Both the position numbers and the translations under genes were made by a program. The notes below the pieces were generated by a model that saw only the letters and a program-made list of their open reading frames with translations, was not told where the DNA came from and did not search any database. This document shows positions 47,951 through 59,645 of a DNA stretch of 64,000 nt, one piece after another (the stretch's first letter is position 1; each line of letters begins with the position of its first letter). The stretch is from Oscillospiraceae bacterium (GTDB taxonomy: Bacteria > Bacillota > Clostridia > Oscillospirales > Ruminococcaceae), in NCBI GenBank assembly GCA_031547945.1, contig JAVBRN010000002.1:15736-79735 (forward strand), written 5' to 3'.

Positions 47951-48051
47951 ACTTGGCTGAGACGGCTGGCGAAATCAGGCGGAACATTTCCTCCGCTTGG
48001 CCAATGTCGTGTTGTATGCGTGCCCTGGAACCGATTCGGGGGCGGGAGCTG

Positions 48052-48765
48052 TCATCTTTCAATATCGGCGCCAAATTCCTGCAAACAGCGCCGATAGGCC
48101 GCCTCCGGGTCTTCGGCTGCGGTAATTGGCCGGCCGACGACAATATAGTCAGAGCCCAAAGTCCTGGCCAGTTCCGGCGTTGTGACGCGAACCTGGTCAC
48201 CTTTGTTGCCGTCAGCAAAGCGTACGCCGGGTGTGACAGCCAGAAAATCTGCGCCGCATACGGTTTTGACGAGTTCGGATTCGAGCGGGGAGCACACGAC
48301 GCCGTCAAGGCCAGCGGTCTGCGCGTTCTTCGCGTAGTGCGCGACGGTGTCGTTTAGTGATGCGCCGATCAGCAGTTCTTCCTGCATACGCTGTTCGCTT
48401 GTGGAGGTCAACTGGGTTACGGCGATTAGCAGGGGACGGGTGCCGTCCGGCCGCGTCAGGCCCTCCAGCGCGGCACGCATCATATCGATGGTGCCCGCAG
48501 CGTGCACATTGCACATGTCAACATCCAGTTTCGAAAGGTTTGCCATCGCCTTTTTCACGGTGTTTGGGATATCATGCAGTTTTAAATCGAGAAAAATGCG
48601 GTGGCCGCGCGCTTTGAGCGTGCGTACAATGTCCGGCCCTTCCGCGTAAAACAATTCCATGCCGATTTTGACAAATGGCTTTTGGTCGTGAAACCGGGAC
48701 AGAAACGAGAGAGTATCCGCGCCCGTTGCAAAGTCGCAAGCAATGATGACATCACGTTTGTGCAT
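48052..48765 (-). CDS. pyrF: orotidine 5'-phosphate decarboxylase
   Basis: ORF 48052..48801. Motifs IIACDF, KIGMELF, FLDLKLHDIPNT and VGRPIT. Start MHKRDVII at 48765. Confidence 0.93.
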   Translation of the reverse strand: MHKRDVIIACDFATGADTLSFLSRFHDQKPFVKIGMELFYAEGPDIVRTLKARGHRIFLDLKLHDIPNTVKKAMANLSKLDVDMCNVHAAGTIDMMRAALEGLTRPDGTRPLLIAVTQLTSTSEQRMQEELLIGASLNDTVAHYAKNAQTAGLDGVVCSPLESELVKTVCGADFLAVTPGVRFADGNKGDQVRVTTPELARTLGSDYIVVGRPITAAEDPEAAYRRCLQEFGADIER

Positions 48766-49214
48766 AACAGTGTCCTTTTCTTTTGATTTCCGGGTAACCA
48801 ACGCGCAAATCGCAACTACCCTGGTTTTCCACAGCAGCCACGCAGATGAAAGGGCGGCTGCGTGCCCAACCCCGCCTTTTTAATGGAGACGCGGGGCGGG
48901 TGAACAGGGGTATGATCGCGCACGCGTTGGCTTACGATTCATTAGCGGTTACCTGGCTTCTATGAAAGCAGAAAATATGGATCATATGTCTGTGCTGCCG
49001 CTGCCCATATGCTTGTTCTTCAACCATGCTTGTTGCAAGCAACGTGTCGTAAACCTGCTTGCGCAAAGGGACAGCCGTCACCAGGCAGCGTAGCGGTGGC
49101 CTTTACGCAGGCGACCAGCAGCGATTCCGGCAGGTAACGGGTGACTGAAAAAGCGGGGTCAGGGGATCTGCCTTTTGCGCACGTCCGCCGCACTGGCAGG
49201 CGAAAGAGAGAGCA

Positions 49215-50126
49215 CTATTTGCAGGCGCCAATCAAATCCGAAAGCCGGCCCACGCCAAGCGATTCGAGCAGCGCAGGCAGTGCTTCCAGGATCGTTTTGC
49301 AGCAATAAGGATCGACAAGATTCGCCGCGCCGATCTGCACCGCCGTCGCGCCGGCAAGCAGCATCTCTACAACGTCTTCGGCTGTGCTGACGCCGCCCAT
49401 GCCCATAACTGGAACCGAGACGGACTGCGCTACCTGGTGTACCATGCGCAGCGCAATCGGGAAGATCGCCGGGCCGGACAGGCCGCCGTAGGTGTTGGCG
49501 AGAATGGGTTTGCGCGTTTTGATGTCAATGCGCATGCCAAGTACCGTGTTGATAAGCGAGAGGCCGTCCGCACCCGCCTTTTCGCATGCTGATGCGATAG
49601 AAACGATATCGGTCACGTTTGGGCTGAGTTTAATGAAAACCGGCTTCGACGTGACACCTTTGACTTCGCGGGTGATTTCGGCGGCGCTGGCGGCGTCGGT
49701 CCCAAAACTCATACCGCCGTGCTTGACGTTTGGGCAGCTGATGTTGACTTCGATGATGCCAACCTGCGGCTGTGCGTCCATCGCCGCGGCGCAGGCAATA
49801 TATTCGTCCACTGAAAACCCGCTGATGTTCGCGATCACCGGTTTGTGGAAAAAAGCGCCCAGCCGCGGGAGTTCTTCCGCAAGGACTGCCGCAAGCCCCG
49901 GGTTTTGCAACCCGACGGCATTGAGCATACCGGAAGGGGTTTCCGCGATGCGTGGCAGGTCGTTGCCATAGCGCGGATCTTTTGTGGTACCTTTGCATAC
50001 AAAAGAACCCAGCAGATTCGGGTCGTAAAAATCAACAAATTCCCCGCCAAAGCCGAAGGTGCCGCTGGCCGGGATAATCGGGTTGTCCAGCCGCAGACCG
50101 CAGAGCGAGACAGAAAGATCTACCAT
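49215..50126 (-). CDS. pyrD: dihydroorotate dehydrogenase, class 1B catalytic subunit
   Basis: ORF 49215..50225. Motifs [19 protein letters not shown] and GGVSTAEDV. Start MVDLSVSL at 50126, overlapping the pyrK stop. Confidence 0.93.
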   Translation of the reverse strand: MVDLSVSLCGLRLDNPIIPASGTFGFGGEFVDFYDPNLLGSFVCKGTTKDPRYGNDLPRIAETPSGMLNAVGLQNPGLAAVLAEELPRLGAFFHKPVIANISGFSVDEYIACAAAMDAQPQVGIIEVNISCPNVKHGGMSFGTDAASAAEITREVKGVTSKPVFIKLSPNVTDIVSIASACEKAGADGLSLINTVLGMRIDIKTRKPILANTYGGLSGPAIFPIALRMVHQVAQSVSVPVMGMGGVSTAEDVVEMLLAGATAVQIGAANLVDPYCCKTILEALPALLESLGVGRLSDLIGACK

Positions 50127-50848
50127 ACAATCTCCTCCTTGCGCAAAACCGGCCCATCCTTGCAGATGCGCTTGGAGCCAGTGATTGTCTGACAGGAGCA
50201 GCCCATACATGCGCCGAATCCGCATGCCATCCGCGCCTCAAAACTCAGTTGGCCGGGTGTGGGGCAGGCGTGATAAACTGCTTTGAGCATTGGCTCCGGC
50301 CCGCAGGCATAATAGTAACCGTAGTCATCGACCCGGCCGAGCAGATCGGTGACAAACCCCTGGGTATAGTTGCTCGGCATAACCGTTGCGATAAAAACGT
50401 CGCAGCCGAGCGCCGTAAACTCGTTTTTATAAAAAACATCGTCCGCTTCGTTAAAGCCGAGCAGGACGGTGACCGGTTTGCCTGCGCCGCGCAAGGATTT
50501 GGCGAGCGCGTAGAGGGGCGGAACGCCCACGCCGCCGCCGAGCAGCAGTGGCTTTTCGCACATGCTTATGTCATAGCCGTTGCCAAGCCCGGTTAAAATA
50601 TCGAGATCGGTGCCGGCGGGGAGTTTAGAGAGTGCCGCGGTGCCGCCGCCGACCACCTTATATATCAGCGTGAACCCGCCGGCGTTAAAATCGCAGACGG
50701 AGATTGGACGGCGCAGAAAGAAGCCGTCCAGCTTGATGTTGACAAACTGGCCGGGCGCGGTGATCGCGTGCGGGCCGACCAGGCGCATTCGATAGACATG
50801 ATTTGCAATGCGCTCGTGCTGTACAATTGTGAAGTCACCCTGCTGCAA
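50120..50848 (-). CDS. pyrK: dihydroorotate dehydrogenase electron-transfer subunit
   Basis: ORF 50120..50905. FAD/NAD-binding fold plus the C-terminal 2Fe-2S motif [14 protein letters not shown] start at 50848 after AAGAGGA; the start is tentative. Confidence 0.88.
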   Translation of the reverse strand: MQQGDFTIVQHERIANHVYRMRLVGPHAITAPGQFVNIKLDGFFLRRPISVCDFNAGGFTLIYKVVGGGTAALSKLPAGTDLDILTGLGNGYDISMCEKPLLLGGGVGVPPLYALAKSLRGAGKPVTVLLGFNEADDVFYKNEFTALGCDVFIATVMPSNYTQGFVTDLLGRVDDYGYYYACGPEPMLKAVYHACPTPGQLSFEARMACGFGACMGCSCQTITGSKRICKDGPVLRKEEIVW

Positions 50849-51311
50849 TGGTTGTTCCTCTTTTTTGATGTTTATCTGGATAATACACGCGATTTTGAAC
50901 CGCAATGCTCACTTGCCGCGCAGTCCGCCCAGCGGGACGCTAATCATGTCAAAAGAGAAAGAAATCGATCGGCAAATTGGACTGATCGTACGGGTGCGGA
51001 ATGCACCGAAACCGTCCTTTTTCACCACATTGTTCTAAATCCGGGTAAAAGAAAAGCTGCCGGCAACGTGCGCTGTCAAAACAGGCACGGGGGCGTTGCC
51101 CGTTATGAGGCAAGGACGCCGCGCGTTAAAAGCCGCAAGGGTAAAGCAGAGGCGCGGCGCGAAGACACAACTGTTGGTTTGGGACAATTGCAAAAGTACT
51201 GCGCGGCGGCGCGGTGCAAGGAGAAGCAAGGCACTTTCGACGAAACCAGTACGAATCAAAAAATGAGATAATTTATACACAAAGCAATCGATATACAATT
51301 ACGAGATACGC

Positions 51312-54300
51312 CTATTTATCCGCGTCGATCGTCGAGATACCGAGCGTGATCTCCTCAAGCACATCGAGCAGCGCGCTGACGGTGTCGAGCGAAGTAAACA
51401 TGGTCACATTATTCTCTACGGCGCAGCGGCGTATCGCATAGCCGTCGGTTGCCTGCGTTGTGTCGTCGATGTCGCGCGTGCTGATGACATAGTTGACATG
51501 CCCCATGCGCAGCGATTCCAAAATCTCCTCGCTGCCCTCGCTCAACTTGCGTTTTACGCGCGTTTTGATACCATGGTTTTTAAAAAACGCAGCGGTGCCG
51601 CAAGTGGCTTCGATGTTAAATCCGAGGTTGTAGAACCGACGGATAAGCGGCAGTGCTTCGGTCTTGTCCTTGTCGGAAATCGTCACAAATATTGTACCAT
51701 AGTTTGCGACGTTCATGCCAGACGACTGCAGCGCTTTGTAAAGCGCGCGGGTATAGCTGGCGTCATAGCCGATCGCTTCGCCGGTCGATTTCATCTCGGG
51801 CGAGAGATAGGCATCTGAGCCGCGCAGCTTCGAAAACGAAAACGCGGGCGCCTTGACATACCAGCGTGTTTTGTCGGGCGGGTACAGTTCGGTGATGCCC
51901 TGGTCTTTCAGGCTGTGTCCGAGGATGACGCGCGTCGCAGTGTCTGCGAGCGAAAACCCGGTCGCTTTGGAGAGGAAGGGCACAGTGCGCGACGAGCGCG
52001 GATTGACCTCGATGATATAGACATCGTCGTGTTCGTCCACAATGAATTGGATGTTGTACAGCCCGATAATACCGATGCCGAGCCCAAGCCGCACGGTGTA
52101 GTCGCGGATCACGGTTTTGACCTTCTCGCTGATGCTGAAGGTCGGATAGACGCTGATGCTGTCGCCCGAATGTACGCCGGTGCGCTCGATGTGCTGCATG
52201 ATGCCGGGAATGAATACATCGGTGCCGTCGCACACAGCGTCGACCTCCAGCTCCTTGCCGCTGATATATTTGTCGACCAGAACCGGCTGTTCCACGTTGA
52301 CCGCCACCGCGTTTTTCAGGTAATGCCGTAGGTTTTGCTCGTTGGATACAATTTGCATTGCGCGCCCGCCGAGCACGTAGCTCGGACGTACAAGCACAGG
52401 ATAGCCGATCTCATTTGCCGCCAGTACGCCGTCCTCAATGTTGGTGACCGCGCGGCCCTTGGGCTGCGGGATGCCAAGCTTGTGCAGAATCTTTTCAAAA
52501 CAATCGCGGTTCTCGGCGTTTTCAATCGCCTGCATGTCGGTGCCGATGAGCGGTACCCCCAAAGCATGCAGCGGCTGTGCGAGGTTGATCGCGGTTTGCC
52601 CGCCCAGCGTGACAATTACGCCGAACGGCTGCTCGAGTGTGATGATATTCATCACGTCCTCGACGGTAAGCGGCTCGAAATAGAGCTTGTCGCTTGTCGT
52701 GTAATCGGTGGATACTGTCTCTGGATTGTTGTTGATGATAATCGCCTCGTAGCCAGCGTCGCGGATTGTCCACACGGCGTGCACCGTGCAGTAGTCAAAC
52801 TCCACGCCCTGCCCGATGCGAATCGGGCCAGAGCCAAGGACAATGACCTTTTTCTTGCCGCTCACACGAGATTCATTCTCGTCCTCGTAGGTCGAGTAGA
52901 AATAGGGGACATAGCTCTCGAATTCGCTGGCGCAGGTATCGATCATTTTATAGACCGGTAGAATGCCGTTGTCTTTGCGCAGCCGGAATAGGTCCGACTC
53001 TCCTATGCCCCAGACCTGGCCGATATATTTGTCGCTGAGGCCAAGCCGCTTGGCTGCGCGCAGGATTTCCAGATCGTCTTTGTTTGCCATAAGCTCGGCT
53101 TCGAAATCGACCACGTTTTTAATTTTATCCAGAAAGAGTGTATCAATGCGGGTCGCGTTGTAAAGCAGGCCGATATCTTCGCCCAGGCGGAAAAGCTGGG
53201 CGATCGCGAACAGGCGGTCGTCGGTCGCGTCGGCGACATACGCGAGCAGCTCATCTGCCGACATGTCGTCAAATTTCGGATGATAGAGATGGCAGACGCC
53301 GGTCTCGAGCGACCGCACCGCCTTGAGCAGGCTCTCCTCGAGCGTGCGGCCGATACTCATGACCTCGCCGGTCGCCTTCATCTGGGTCGAAAGCTTGTTC
53401 GAAGCGGTCGTGAGCTTGTCAAACGGGAAGCGTGCGACCTTGGTCACAACGTAGTCAAGCGTCGGCTCAAAGCTTGCGGGCGTGTTCGCGAGCGGAATCT
53501 CGTCCAGCCGCAAGCCGACCGCCACTTTCGCGGAGACGCGCGCGATCGGGTAGCCACTGGCCTTTGAGGCGAGCGCCGACGAGCGGGATACGCGCGGGTT
53601 CACCTCGATCAGATAGTATTGGAACGAGTAAGGGTCGAGCGCGAACTGCACGTTGCAGCCGCCCTCTATTTTGAGTTCGCGGATGATCTTGAGCGCGCTG
53701 TCGCGCAGCAGCTGGCACTCCTTGTTTGTGAGCGTCTGGCAGGGCGCAACAACGATCGAGTCCCCGGTGTGCACACCAATCGGGTCGATGTTTTCCATGT
53801 TGCAGATCGTGATTGCGGTGTCGTTGCCGTCCCGCATCACTTCGTACTCGATTTCTTTGTAGCCCTTGACACTCTTTTCTACGAGCACCTGTTTGACCGG
53901 CGACAGTTTGAGCGCGTTTTTCATAATTGCGCGCAACTCGTCCTCGTCATCTGCAAAGCCGCCGCCAGTGCCGCCGAGCGTAAACGCTGGCCGCAGCACA
54001 ACCGGGTAGCCGATGGTGTCGGCCGCTTTGATGGCTTCATCGATCGAGTGGGTGGTCAGAGACGGCAGCACCGGCTCGCCGATGCGCTCGCACATTTCCT
54101 TAAATAATTCGCGGTCCTCGGCCATTTCGATGCTCTCAAAACTGGTGCCGAGAATCTCCACCTGGCACTCCTGCAGAATGCCCTTTTTGGCAAGCTGCAT
54201 CGCGAGATTGAGGCCGGTCTGGCCGCCCAGACCAGGCAGTATCGCGTCGGGGCGCTCATACCGCACAATTTTCGCGACATATTCGAGTGTCAGCGGTTCC

Positions 54301-54497
54301 ATGTAAACCTTATCCGCCATCGAGGTATCGGTCATAATCGTCGCTGGGTTGGAGTTGACGAGAATGACTTCGTAGCCTTCCTCGCGCAGCGCGAGGCAAG
54401 CCTGCGTGCCAGCATAGTCGAACTCGGCTGCCTGACCGATCACGATCGGGCCGGAGCCGATGACGAGTATTTTTTTGATATCTTTGCGTTTTGGCAT
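51312..54497 (-). CDS. carB: carbamoyl-phosphate synthase large subunit
   Basis: 1061 aa. Duplicated ATP-grasp halves and an MGS-like C-terminal domain; N-terminus [28 protein letters not shown]. Confidence 0.98.
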   Translation of the reverse strand: MPKRKDIKKILVIGSGPIVIGQAAEFDYAGTQACLALREEGYEVILVNSNPATIMTDTSMADKVYMEPLTLEYVAKIVRYERPDAILPGLGGQTGLNLAMQLAKKGILQECQVEILGTSFESIEMAEDRELFKEMCERIGEPVLPSLTTHSIDEAIKAADTIGYPVVLRPAFTLGGTGGGFADDEDELRAIMKNALKLSPVKQVLVEKSVKGYKEIEYEVMRDGNDTAITICNMENIDPIGVHTGDSIVVAPCQTLTNKECQLLRDSALKIIRELKIEGGCNVQFALDPYSFQYYLIEVNPRVSRSSALASKASGYPIARVSAKVAVGLRLDEIPLANTPASFEPTLDYVVTKVARFPFDKLTTASNKLSTQMKATGEVMSIGRTLEESLLKAVRSLETGVCHLYHPKFDDMSADELLAYVADATDDRLFAIAQLFRLGEDIGLLYNATRIDTLFLDKIKNVVDFEAELMANKDDLEILRAAKRLGLSDKYIGQVWGIGESDLFRLRKDNGILPVYKMIDTCASEFESYVPYFYSTYEDENESRVSGKKKVIVLGSGPIRIGQGVEFDYCTVHAVWTIRDAGYEAIIINNNPETVSTDYTTSDKLYFEPLTVEDVMNIITLEQPFGVIVTLGGQTAINLAQPLHALGVPLIGTDMQAIENAENRDCFEKILHKLGIPQPKGRAVTNIEDGVLAANEIGYPVLVRPSYVLGGRAMQIVSNEQNLRHYLKNAVAVNVEQPVLVDKYISGKELEVDAVCDGTDVFIPGIMQHIERTGVHSGDSISVYPTFSISEKVKTVIRDYTVRLGLGIGIIGLYNIQFIVDEHDDVYIIEVNPRSSRTVPFLSKATGFSLADTATRVILGHSLKDQGITELYPPDKTRWYVKAPAFSFSKLRGSDAYLSPEMKSTGEAIGYDASYTRALYKALQSSGMNVANYGTIFVTISDKDKTEALPLIRRFYNLGFNIEATCGTAAFFKNHGIKTRVKRKLSEGSEEILESLRMGHVNYVISTRDIDDTTQATDGYAIRRCAVENNVTMFTSLDTVSALLDVLEEITLGISTIDADK

Positions 54498-54498
54498 G

Positions 54499-55590
54499 CT
54501 ACCGCACCTCCTGTTCCATCATCTCGATAAACCGCCCGAACAGATGCAGGCTGTCCTGCGGGCCGGGCGCGCTTTCGGGATGATACTGCACCGCGAGCAC
54601 GCGGTCTTTTTTGCACGCTACGCCCTCTGCCGTGCTGTCGAGCAGGTTGACATGCGTCAGAGTCAGATCCGTATTGTCCAGCGAGGGAATGTCCACCGCA
54701 TAACTGTGATTCTGGCCGGTGATTTCAATCGTACCGGTCGCAATTTCTTTCACCGGGTGGTTGCCGCCGCGGTGTCCGAATTTCATTTTATAGGTTTTTG
54801 CGCCGTAGGCGAGGCAGACCGCCTGATAGCCAAGGCAGATGCCAAAAATGGGAAGCCGTCCACGCAGCTGTTTGACAAGTTCAATCACTTCGGGCACATC
54901 CTCCGGGTTGCCCGGGCCGTTGGAAACGAACAGGCCGTCCGGCTTCAGCGCGAGCACTTCATCCACGGTAGCATTGTAGGGCACAACGGTGACATTGCAG
55001 CCGAAATGATTGAATTTGCGCACAATGCCGAGTTTGATGCCGCAGTCGATCGCGACGACATTAAAGCGCGGGTTCGCGGTACGCGCATACCAGCGTTTTT
55101 TGCAGCTGACGCGCGCAACGGCATCGCGCGGCAGGGTATACGCTTTGATTTGAGCCAAGGCCGCATCGTCCGAGACATCGGGCGTGGTGAGCATCGCTTT
55201 CTGCGCGCCTTCGCTGCGGATCATCCGCGTTATGCGGCGGGTATCGACGCCCGCAATGCCGGGAATATTGTTTTCCTCCAGCACTTCGCCGAGCGTTTTG
55301 GTCCAGCGAAAGTTGCTGGGGCTGTCGTTGTATTCGCGCACAACCAGCCCGCCGATTGTCGGCACCTTTGATTCAAAGTCGTCGTCAGTGATGCCGTAGT
55401 TGCCGATGAGCGGATAGGTCATCACGAACATCTGGCCGGTGGACGATGGGTCGGATATGATTTCCTGGTAACCGGCCATGGCCGTGTTAAACACAATTTC
55501 ATGGATGGCGTCATGCCGTGCGCCAAAGGCGGTGCCGTAAAATGCGGCGCCATTTTCCAATACTAGTTTGCGATCAATTTGTCTTGCCAT
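54499..55590 (-). CDS. carA: carbamoyl-phosphate synthase small (glutaminase) subunit
   Basis: ORF 54499..55608. GATase catalytic motif ICLGYQ and HRGGNHPV. Start [14 protein letters not shown] at 55590. Confidence 0.95.
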   Translation of the reverse strand: MARQIDRKLVLENGAAFYGTAFGARHDAIHEIVFNTAMAGYQEIISDPSSTGQMFVMTYPLIGNYGITDDDFESKVPTIGGLVVREYNDSPSNFRWTKTLGEVLEENNIPGIAGVDTRRITRMIRSEGAQKAMLTTPDVSDDAALAQIKAYTLPRDAVARVSCKKRWYARTANPRFNVVAIDCGIKLGIVRKFNHFGCNVTVVPYNATVDEVLALKPDGLFVSNGPGNPEDVPEVIELVKQLRGRLPIFGICLGYQAVCLAYGAKTYKMKFGHRGGNHPVKEIATGTIEITGQNHSYAVDIPSLDNTDLTLTHVNLLDSTAEGVACKKDRVLAVQYHPESAPGPQDSLHLFGRFIEMMEQEVR

Positions 55591-56840
55591 ACAATATTGC
55601 CTCCACAAATGGTTAGAATGCTGTCACCGACGGTTTGCAAGCCGTCGAACGGCGTGCTGTGTCCCTTTGAGAAAAAGAGATCCGTCTGAATGGTTGTCCT
55701 CTTGTCGGGATCGATGACAACGAGGTCGGCCGCCGCGCCTTCGGCGAGCGGCCCGCCCAGTTGAAAGATACGGCGCGGCGTTGCGGCGAGTTTGTCCAAA
55801 AGCTGTTCCAGTTTGAGCACCCCTGTGCGCACAAGACCGGTGTGCAGCGCCCGAAACGCGGTTTCCAGACCGACAACGCCCATCAGGCTTTTTTCCAGGC
55901 CGCCGCTCTTTTCTGCGGCACTGTGCGGCGCGTGGTCGGTCGCAATCACATCGATTGTGTCGTCGAGCAGACCCTCGCGCAGGGCGTCGCGGTCCGCGGA
56001 CGCGCGGATGGGCGGATTCATCTTGAACCGGCCGTCCTCCTGCAGATCGGCGTCGCAGAGCAAAAGATAGTGCGGCGCGGTCTCACAAGTCACGGGCAGC
56101 CCGTCCCGCTTGGCGGCGCGCAGCAGCGCGACGCTTTCTTTCGTTGATACATGACATACATGGTAGCGGCAGCCGGTGTCCCGCACGAGTTCAAGGTCCC
56201 GTTCCACTTGCTTGTACTCTGAGGCCGACGAGATGCCGCGGTGGCCGTGCATCCGCGCGTAGTTGCCGTCGTGAATATAGCCGCCGTGCAATAGGCTGTC
56301 ATCCTCGCAGTGTGCTGCCAGAATCGAATCCGCAGCCGCAATGCGCGCCATCGCCTCGCGCATAAGCGAGCGGTCCTGCACACCGCGCCCATCGTCCGAA
56401 AACCCGCAGACAAGCGGCGCGAGCGCCTCAATATCCGAGAGTTGCCGACCCTGTTCGCCAACTGAAATGGCCGCGAAGGGATAGACGTGTATGCAGGCAT
56501 CGCGTTCAATTATTGCCCGTTGCGCCTGCAGATATTCGATGCTGTCAGGGACGGGGTTCAGGTTGGGCATCGCGCAAACGGCGGTATACCCGCCGCGCGC
56601 GGCTGCGCGTGTGCCGGAGGTGATCGTTTCTTTATACGAAAAACCGGGTTCCCTGAGATGTACGTGGACATCTGCAAAACCCGGTGAAATGAAACACTGA
56701 TTCAATTGAAAAATAAGGTCGAACCCTGCAGGATCGATGTTGGGGGAAAGGCTGCTGATCTGCGGACCATCGATGGCGACATCAAGGCGGTAAAAATTGC
56801 CCGCCTGATAGACCAATCCGTCTGCCAAAAGCAATCGCAC
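55563..56840 (-). CDS. pyrC: dihydroorotase
   Basis: ORF 55563..56867. Metal ligands DVHVHLREPG and TDHAPH. GTG start at 56840 after GGGAGGTG. Confidence 0.93.
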   Translation of the reverse strand: MRLLLADGLVYQAGNFYRLDVAIDGPQISSLSPNIDPAGFDLIFQLNQCFISPGFADVHVHLREPGFSYKETITSGTRAAARGGYTAVCAMPNLNPVPDSIEYLQAQRAIIERDACIHVYPFAAISVGEQGRQLSDIEALAPLVCGFSDDGRGVQDRSLMREAMARIAAADSILAAHCEDDSLLHGGYIHDGNYARMHGHRGISSASEYKQVERDLELVRDTGCRYHVCHVSTKESVALLRAAKRDGLPVTCETAPHYLLLCDADLQEDGRFKMNPPIRASADRDALREGLLDDTIDVIATDHAPHSAAEKSGGLEKSLMGVVGLETAFRALHTGLVRTGVLKLEQLLDKLAATPRRIFQLGGPLAEGAAADLVVIDPDKRTTIQTDLFFSKGHSTPFDGLQTVGDSILTICGGNIVWQDKLIAN

Positions 56841-56869
56841 GCAACACACCTCCCAAATATATCTCAAAA

Positions 56870-56898
56870 AGTATAATACACAACAGGGTGGATGTCAA
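56870..56898 (-). promoter_or_regulatory. putative promoter of the pyr cluster
   Basis: Minus strand: TTGACA (56898-56893), 17-nt spacer, TATACT (56875-56870). This leaves a leader of only about 20-25 nt before pyrC. Confidence 0.55.
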
Positions 56899-57098
56899 CG
56901 GAAATTTTACCCGGAATTCTTGCGGACAAAACGCATAAAAGCATTAAAACGCTTGTTTTATTTCAAAAAACAGAAGATTGTTTTTGGTATTCAGAATGTT
57001 ATCTGCGCAGACAAAAACACAGAAACAGCTGGTAGATTTTATAGCAAAAATATACTATAATGAATACAACGCGTGCATGTATTCGAGGTGGACAGCAG

Positions 57099-57584
57099 AT
57101 GGCAAATAACTATGAAAGCGCTTTTATCGGTTTGCGCAAGGCAGTGCTCAATTTAAGACGAAGTGAAGTCCATGCAAAAACAACGGGACATCCTGTATAC
57201 GCTGCGGTTGTGGATATGTGCCTTGGCGCCGTGACGGTTTCGCTGACCTGTGTTGCGGACGGCAAGACAAATCTCTACTATTCCAACGGCGGCGCCATGC
57301 ACGCCCTGGAACAGCGCAGCAAAGAGATCTATCACGCGACGCTGGAGTTTTTATATAGCGCCGAACAGGTTTTGGACGTGTTGCGCCCTGCGAAAGTGTT
57401 TGACCTGCCTTCCGAAGGCGAACACAATATTTATCTGGTCACCGACGAAGGCATTTATAAAGAGACGCTGGCTATTCGCAATATCGCCGCCTATCAGCGC
57501 GAACAGCAATTTTTAAATTTTTTATATGAAAACGTCCTGACAAAAATTAATATCTATGCGACGATTACCGAAAGTGACGGATAA
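57099..57584 (+). CDS. hypothetical protein
   Basis: ORF 57060..57584. The ATG at 57099 (MANNYESAF) is preceded by GAGGTGG. 161 aa; no motif recognised. Confidence 0.6.
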   Translation: MANNYESAFIGLRKAVLNLRRSEVHAKTTGHPVYAAVVDMCLGAVTVSLTCVADGKTNLYYSNGGAMHALEQRSKEIYHATLEFLYSAEQVLDVLRPAKVFDLPSEGEHNIYLVTDEGIYKETLAIRNIAAYQREQQFLNFLYENVLTKINIYATITESDG

Positions 57585-57595
57585 TACGATAGAAT

Positions 57596-57624
57596 AAAAA
57601 AAGACCGCTGTGCGGTCTTTTTTT
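57596..57624 (+). terminator. intrinsic terminator
   Basis: AAAAAAGACCGC tgt GCGGTCTTTTTTT. Confidence 0.85.
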
Positions 57625-57833
57625 GTGGCATGACGCAGGATATGTTATTCATGTTTTGCAAAAATAGCAACAATAATATAGTATTTATAGTGTTTGCCAA
57701 ATTTGTTTCATGGCTCGACTGTATAAATACAGCAAAATATGGTAAGATTGCACACAGGCGTCAAAGAGTACCAGTTGAAAGAAATTTAGCGTTAGCTTCG
57801 TTATATCAATGGCTGCAACCGCTGTAATCGCGG

Positions 57834-59645
57834 TTGGGAAATGATGTCCACAGGTGGTCAAACGTGGGATTTTTACAAGATTTATTGCCAGACTCCACCT
57901 CCGCACAGGAAGCGCTCGCGCAGGCGATGCAGGAGCATCCGGTTTTTTTTGATTACTTTACCGCGATTTCGCGCATTGTACTGGCGCTGCTTGCGGTGGT
58001 GATTGTGGTGCGTTGCGGCCTGTCGCTGCTCAGCACCAAAACCGAGGCGGAACTTTGGGGTTATTTAAAATTAAAAGCAGGCAGTTTGAAACTGCCGATT
58101 ACACACTGGGAAAACACGATTGGGCGCTCGAAAAACAGCGACATCGTGATTAATTTTCCGACAGTTTCGCGCAGCCATGCCGCGCTGATCCGCTCGGAGA
58201 ATTTGTGGTACCTCAGCGACCTTGGTTCCAAGGGCGGCACAAACCTGAACGGCAAACCTGTGGAGCAGCGTGAGCGGGTCAAGTTCGGGGATGTGATTGA
58301 AATCGGCGGCGTGGAGACGACGCTCACCGCGCTGACCGACGAAGAAAAAGAGATCAATATGAACCGCACGCCGCCGGGCATCGATATCCGGCCGTCCATG
58401 ACGATTTATCTGCTCACCATTTTTCAAATTGTGATTGCGACGCAGCTTTCGCTTGCCGCTGGACCGCAGTTTCAGTGGGCGGTTCCCATTTGCTTTGTTT
58501 TGTTCATTGCAATCACCTGGGGTTACTTTTTGTTCTTCCGGATACAGAACCGGCGCGGGTTTGAGGTGGATACCATCGCGTTCTTCCTCGCGACAATTGG
58601 GTTTTCGATTACATCTTCCTCCGAGCCGGAGGGCGTTTTGATGCAGTTTATTGCGCTGGCAATCGGCGTGGTGTTCTTTGTCGCGATCGGGTGGTTTGTG
58701 CGCGACTTAACACGCGCGCAGAAACTGCGCTGGCCGATGGCTGCGGCCGCGATTGGGCTGCTGCTGTTTACCGTGGTGTTTGGCAGCGTTGTCTATGGCG
58801 CGCAGAATTGGGTATTTATCGGCGGGCTTTCCATCCAGCCGTCCGAGATTGCAAAAGTGGCGTTTGTCTATGCGGGGGCCGCGTCGCTCGACCGGCTGTT
58901 TGCCAAACGAAATATTCTATTGTATCTGATGCTCTCGGTTATCTGCGTCGGCGCGCTGGCATGGATGAGCGATTTTGGCGCGGTTTTGTTGTTTTTTGTC
59001 GCCTTTTTGGTGGTCGCATATCTGCGGTCGGGCGACCTGAAAACGATTTTTTTCGCAATTGCGTCCGCGGGGTTTGCGGGCCTGATTGTAATACGCTTCC
59101 GACCATACATCGCAGAGCGGTTTGAATCATGGATGCACGCGTGGGAGTATGCGCACAGCGGCGGCTTTCAGCAAACGCGCACAATGTCCGCCGCCGCGAG
59201 CGGCGGCTTGTTCGGCGTCGGCGCGGGCGAGGGATGGCTCAAGCACATCCCCGCGGCCGATACCGATCTTGTGTTTGGCATGGTGTGCGAAGAGCTGGGA
59301 TTGATTGTTGCAATCTGCGCGGTCGCATGCATCTGCATTCTCGCGGTGTTTGCCACGAAAAGCACGGTGACAAGTCGATCGGCGTTTTATTCGATCGCGG
59401 CTTGCGCGGCAACTGCGATGCTCGTGTTTCAAATGACGCTCAATGTATTGGGATCGGTGGATATCCTGCCGCTCACCGGCGTGACCTTCCCGTTTGTGTC
59501 CAACGGCGGCTCGAGTATCGTGTCCAGCTTTGGTTTGCTCGCGTTTATTAAGGCCGCCGACACGCGGCAAAACGCCAGCTTTGCGACGTTGCCGCAGCAA
59601 AAAGTTTTTAAAAGGGGAGAACACGCGCATGAAAAGACTCGCTAA
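57834..59645 (+). CDS. FHA-domain / FtsW-RodA-SpoVE (SEDS) fusion protein
   Basis: 603 aa. An N-terminal TM segment, then an FHA domain (IGRSKNSDIVINFPTVSRSHAALI...WYLSDLGSKGGTNLNGKPV...GDVIEIGG), then a SEDS core (SIQPSEIAKVAFV, DTDLVFGMVCEELG, PLTGVTFPFVSNGGSS). The exact start is uncertain. Confidence 0.88.
   Translation: MGNDVHRWSNVGFLQDLLPDSTSAQEALAQAMQEHPVFFDYFTAISRIVLALLAVVIVVRCGLSLLSTKTEAELWGYLKLKAGSLKLPITHWENTIGRSKNSDIVINFPTVSRSHAALIRSENLWYLSDLGSKGGTNLNGKPVEQRERVKFGDVIEIGGVETTLTALTDEEKEINMNRTPPGIDIRPSMTIYLLTIFQIVIATQLSLAAGPQFQWAVPICFVLFIAITWGYFLFFRIQNRRGFEVDTIAFFLATIGFSITSSSEPEGVLMQFIALAIGVVFFVAIGWFVRDLTRAQKLRWPMAAAAIGLLLFTVVFGSVVYGAQNWVFIGGLSIQPSEIAKVAFVYAGAASLDRLFAKRNILLYLMLSVICVGALAWMSDFGAVLLFFVAFLVVAYLRSGDLKTIFFAIASAGFAGLIVIRFRPYIAERFESWMHAWEYAHSGGFQQTRTMSAAASGGLFGVGAGEGWLKHIPAADTDLVFGMVCEELGLIVAICAVACICILAVFATKSTVTSRSAFYSIAACAATAMLVFQMTLNVLGSVDILPLTGVTFPFVSNGGSSIVSSFGLLAFIKAADTRQNASFATLPQQKVFKRGEHAHEKTR

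Noticed and set aside
44941-56898. PyrR-binding attenuator loops in the pyr cluster
   Set aside because: I found no match to the UCCAGAGAGGC binding-loop consensus on the transcribed strand in the leader or spacers. The nearest string (CCAGUCUCUUG near 46490) does not fit.
57806-57832. 17-nt identity GCTGTAATCGCGGTTGG shared with 7003-7022, both within hairpins
   Set aside because: A single 17-mer match is close to chance expectation for all-against-all comparison within 64 kb on two strands, and I saw no further shared flanking sequence.
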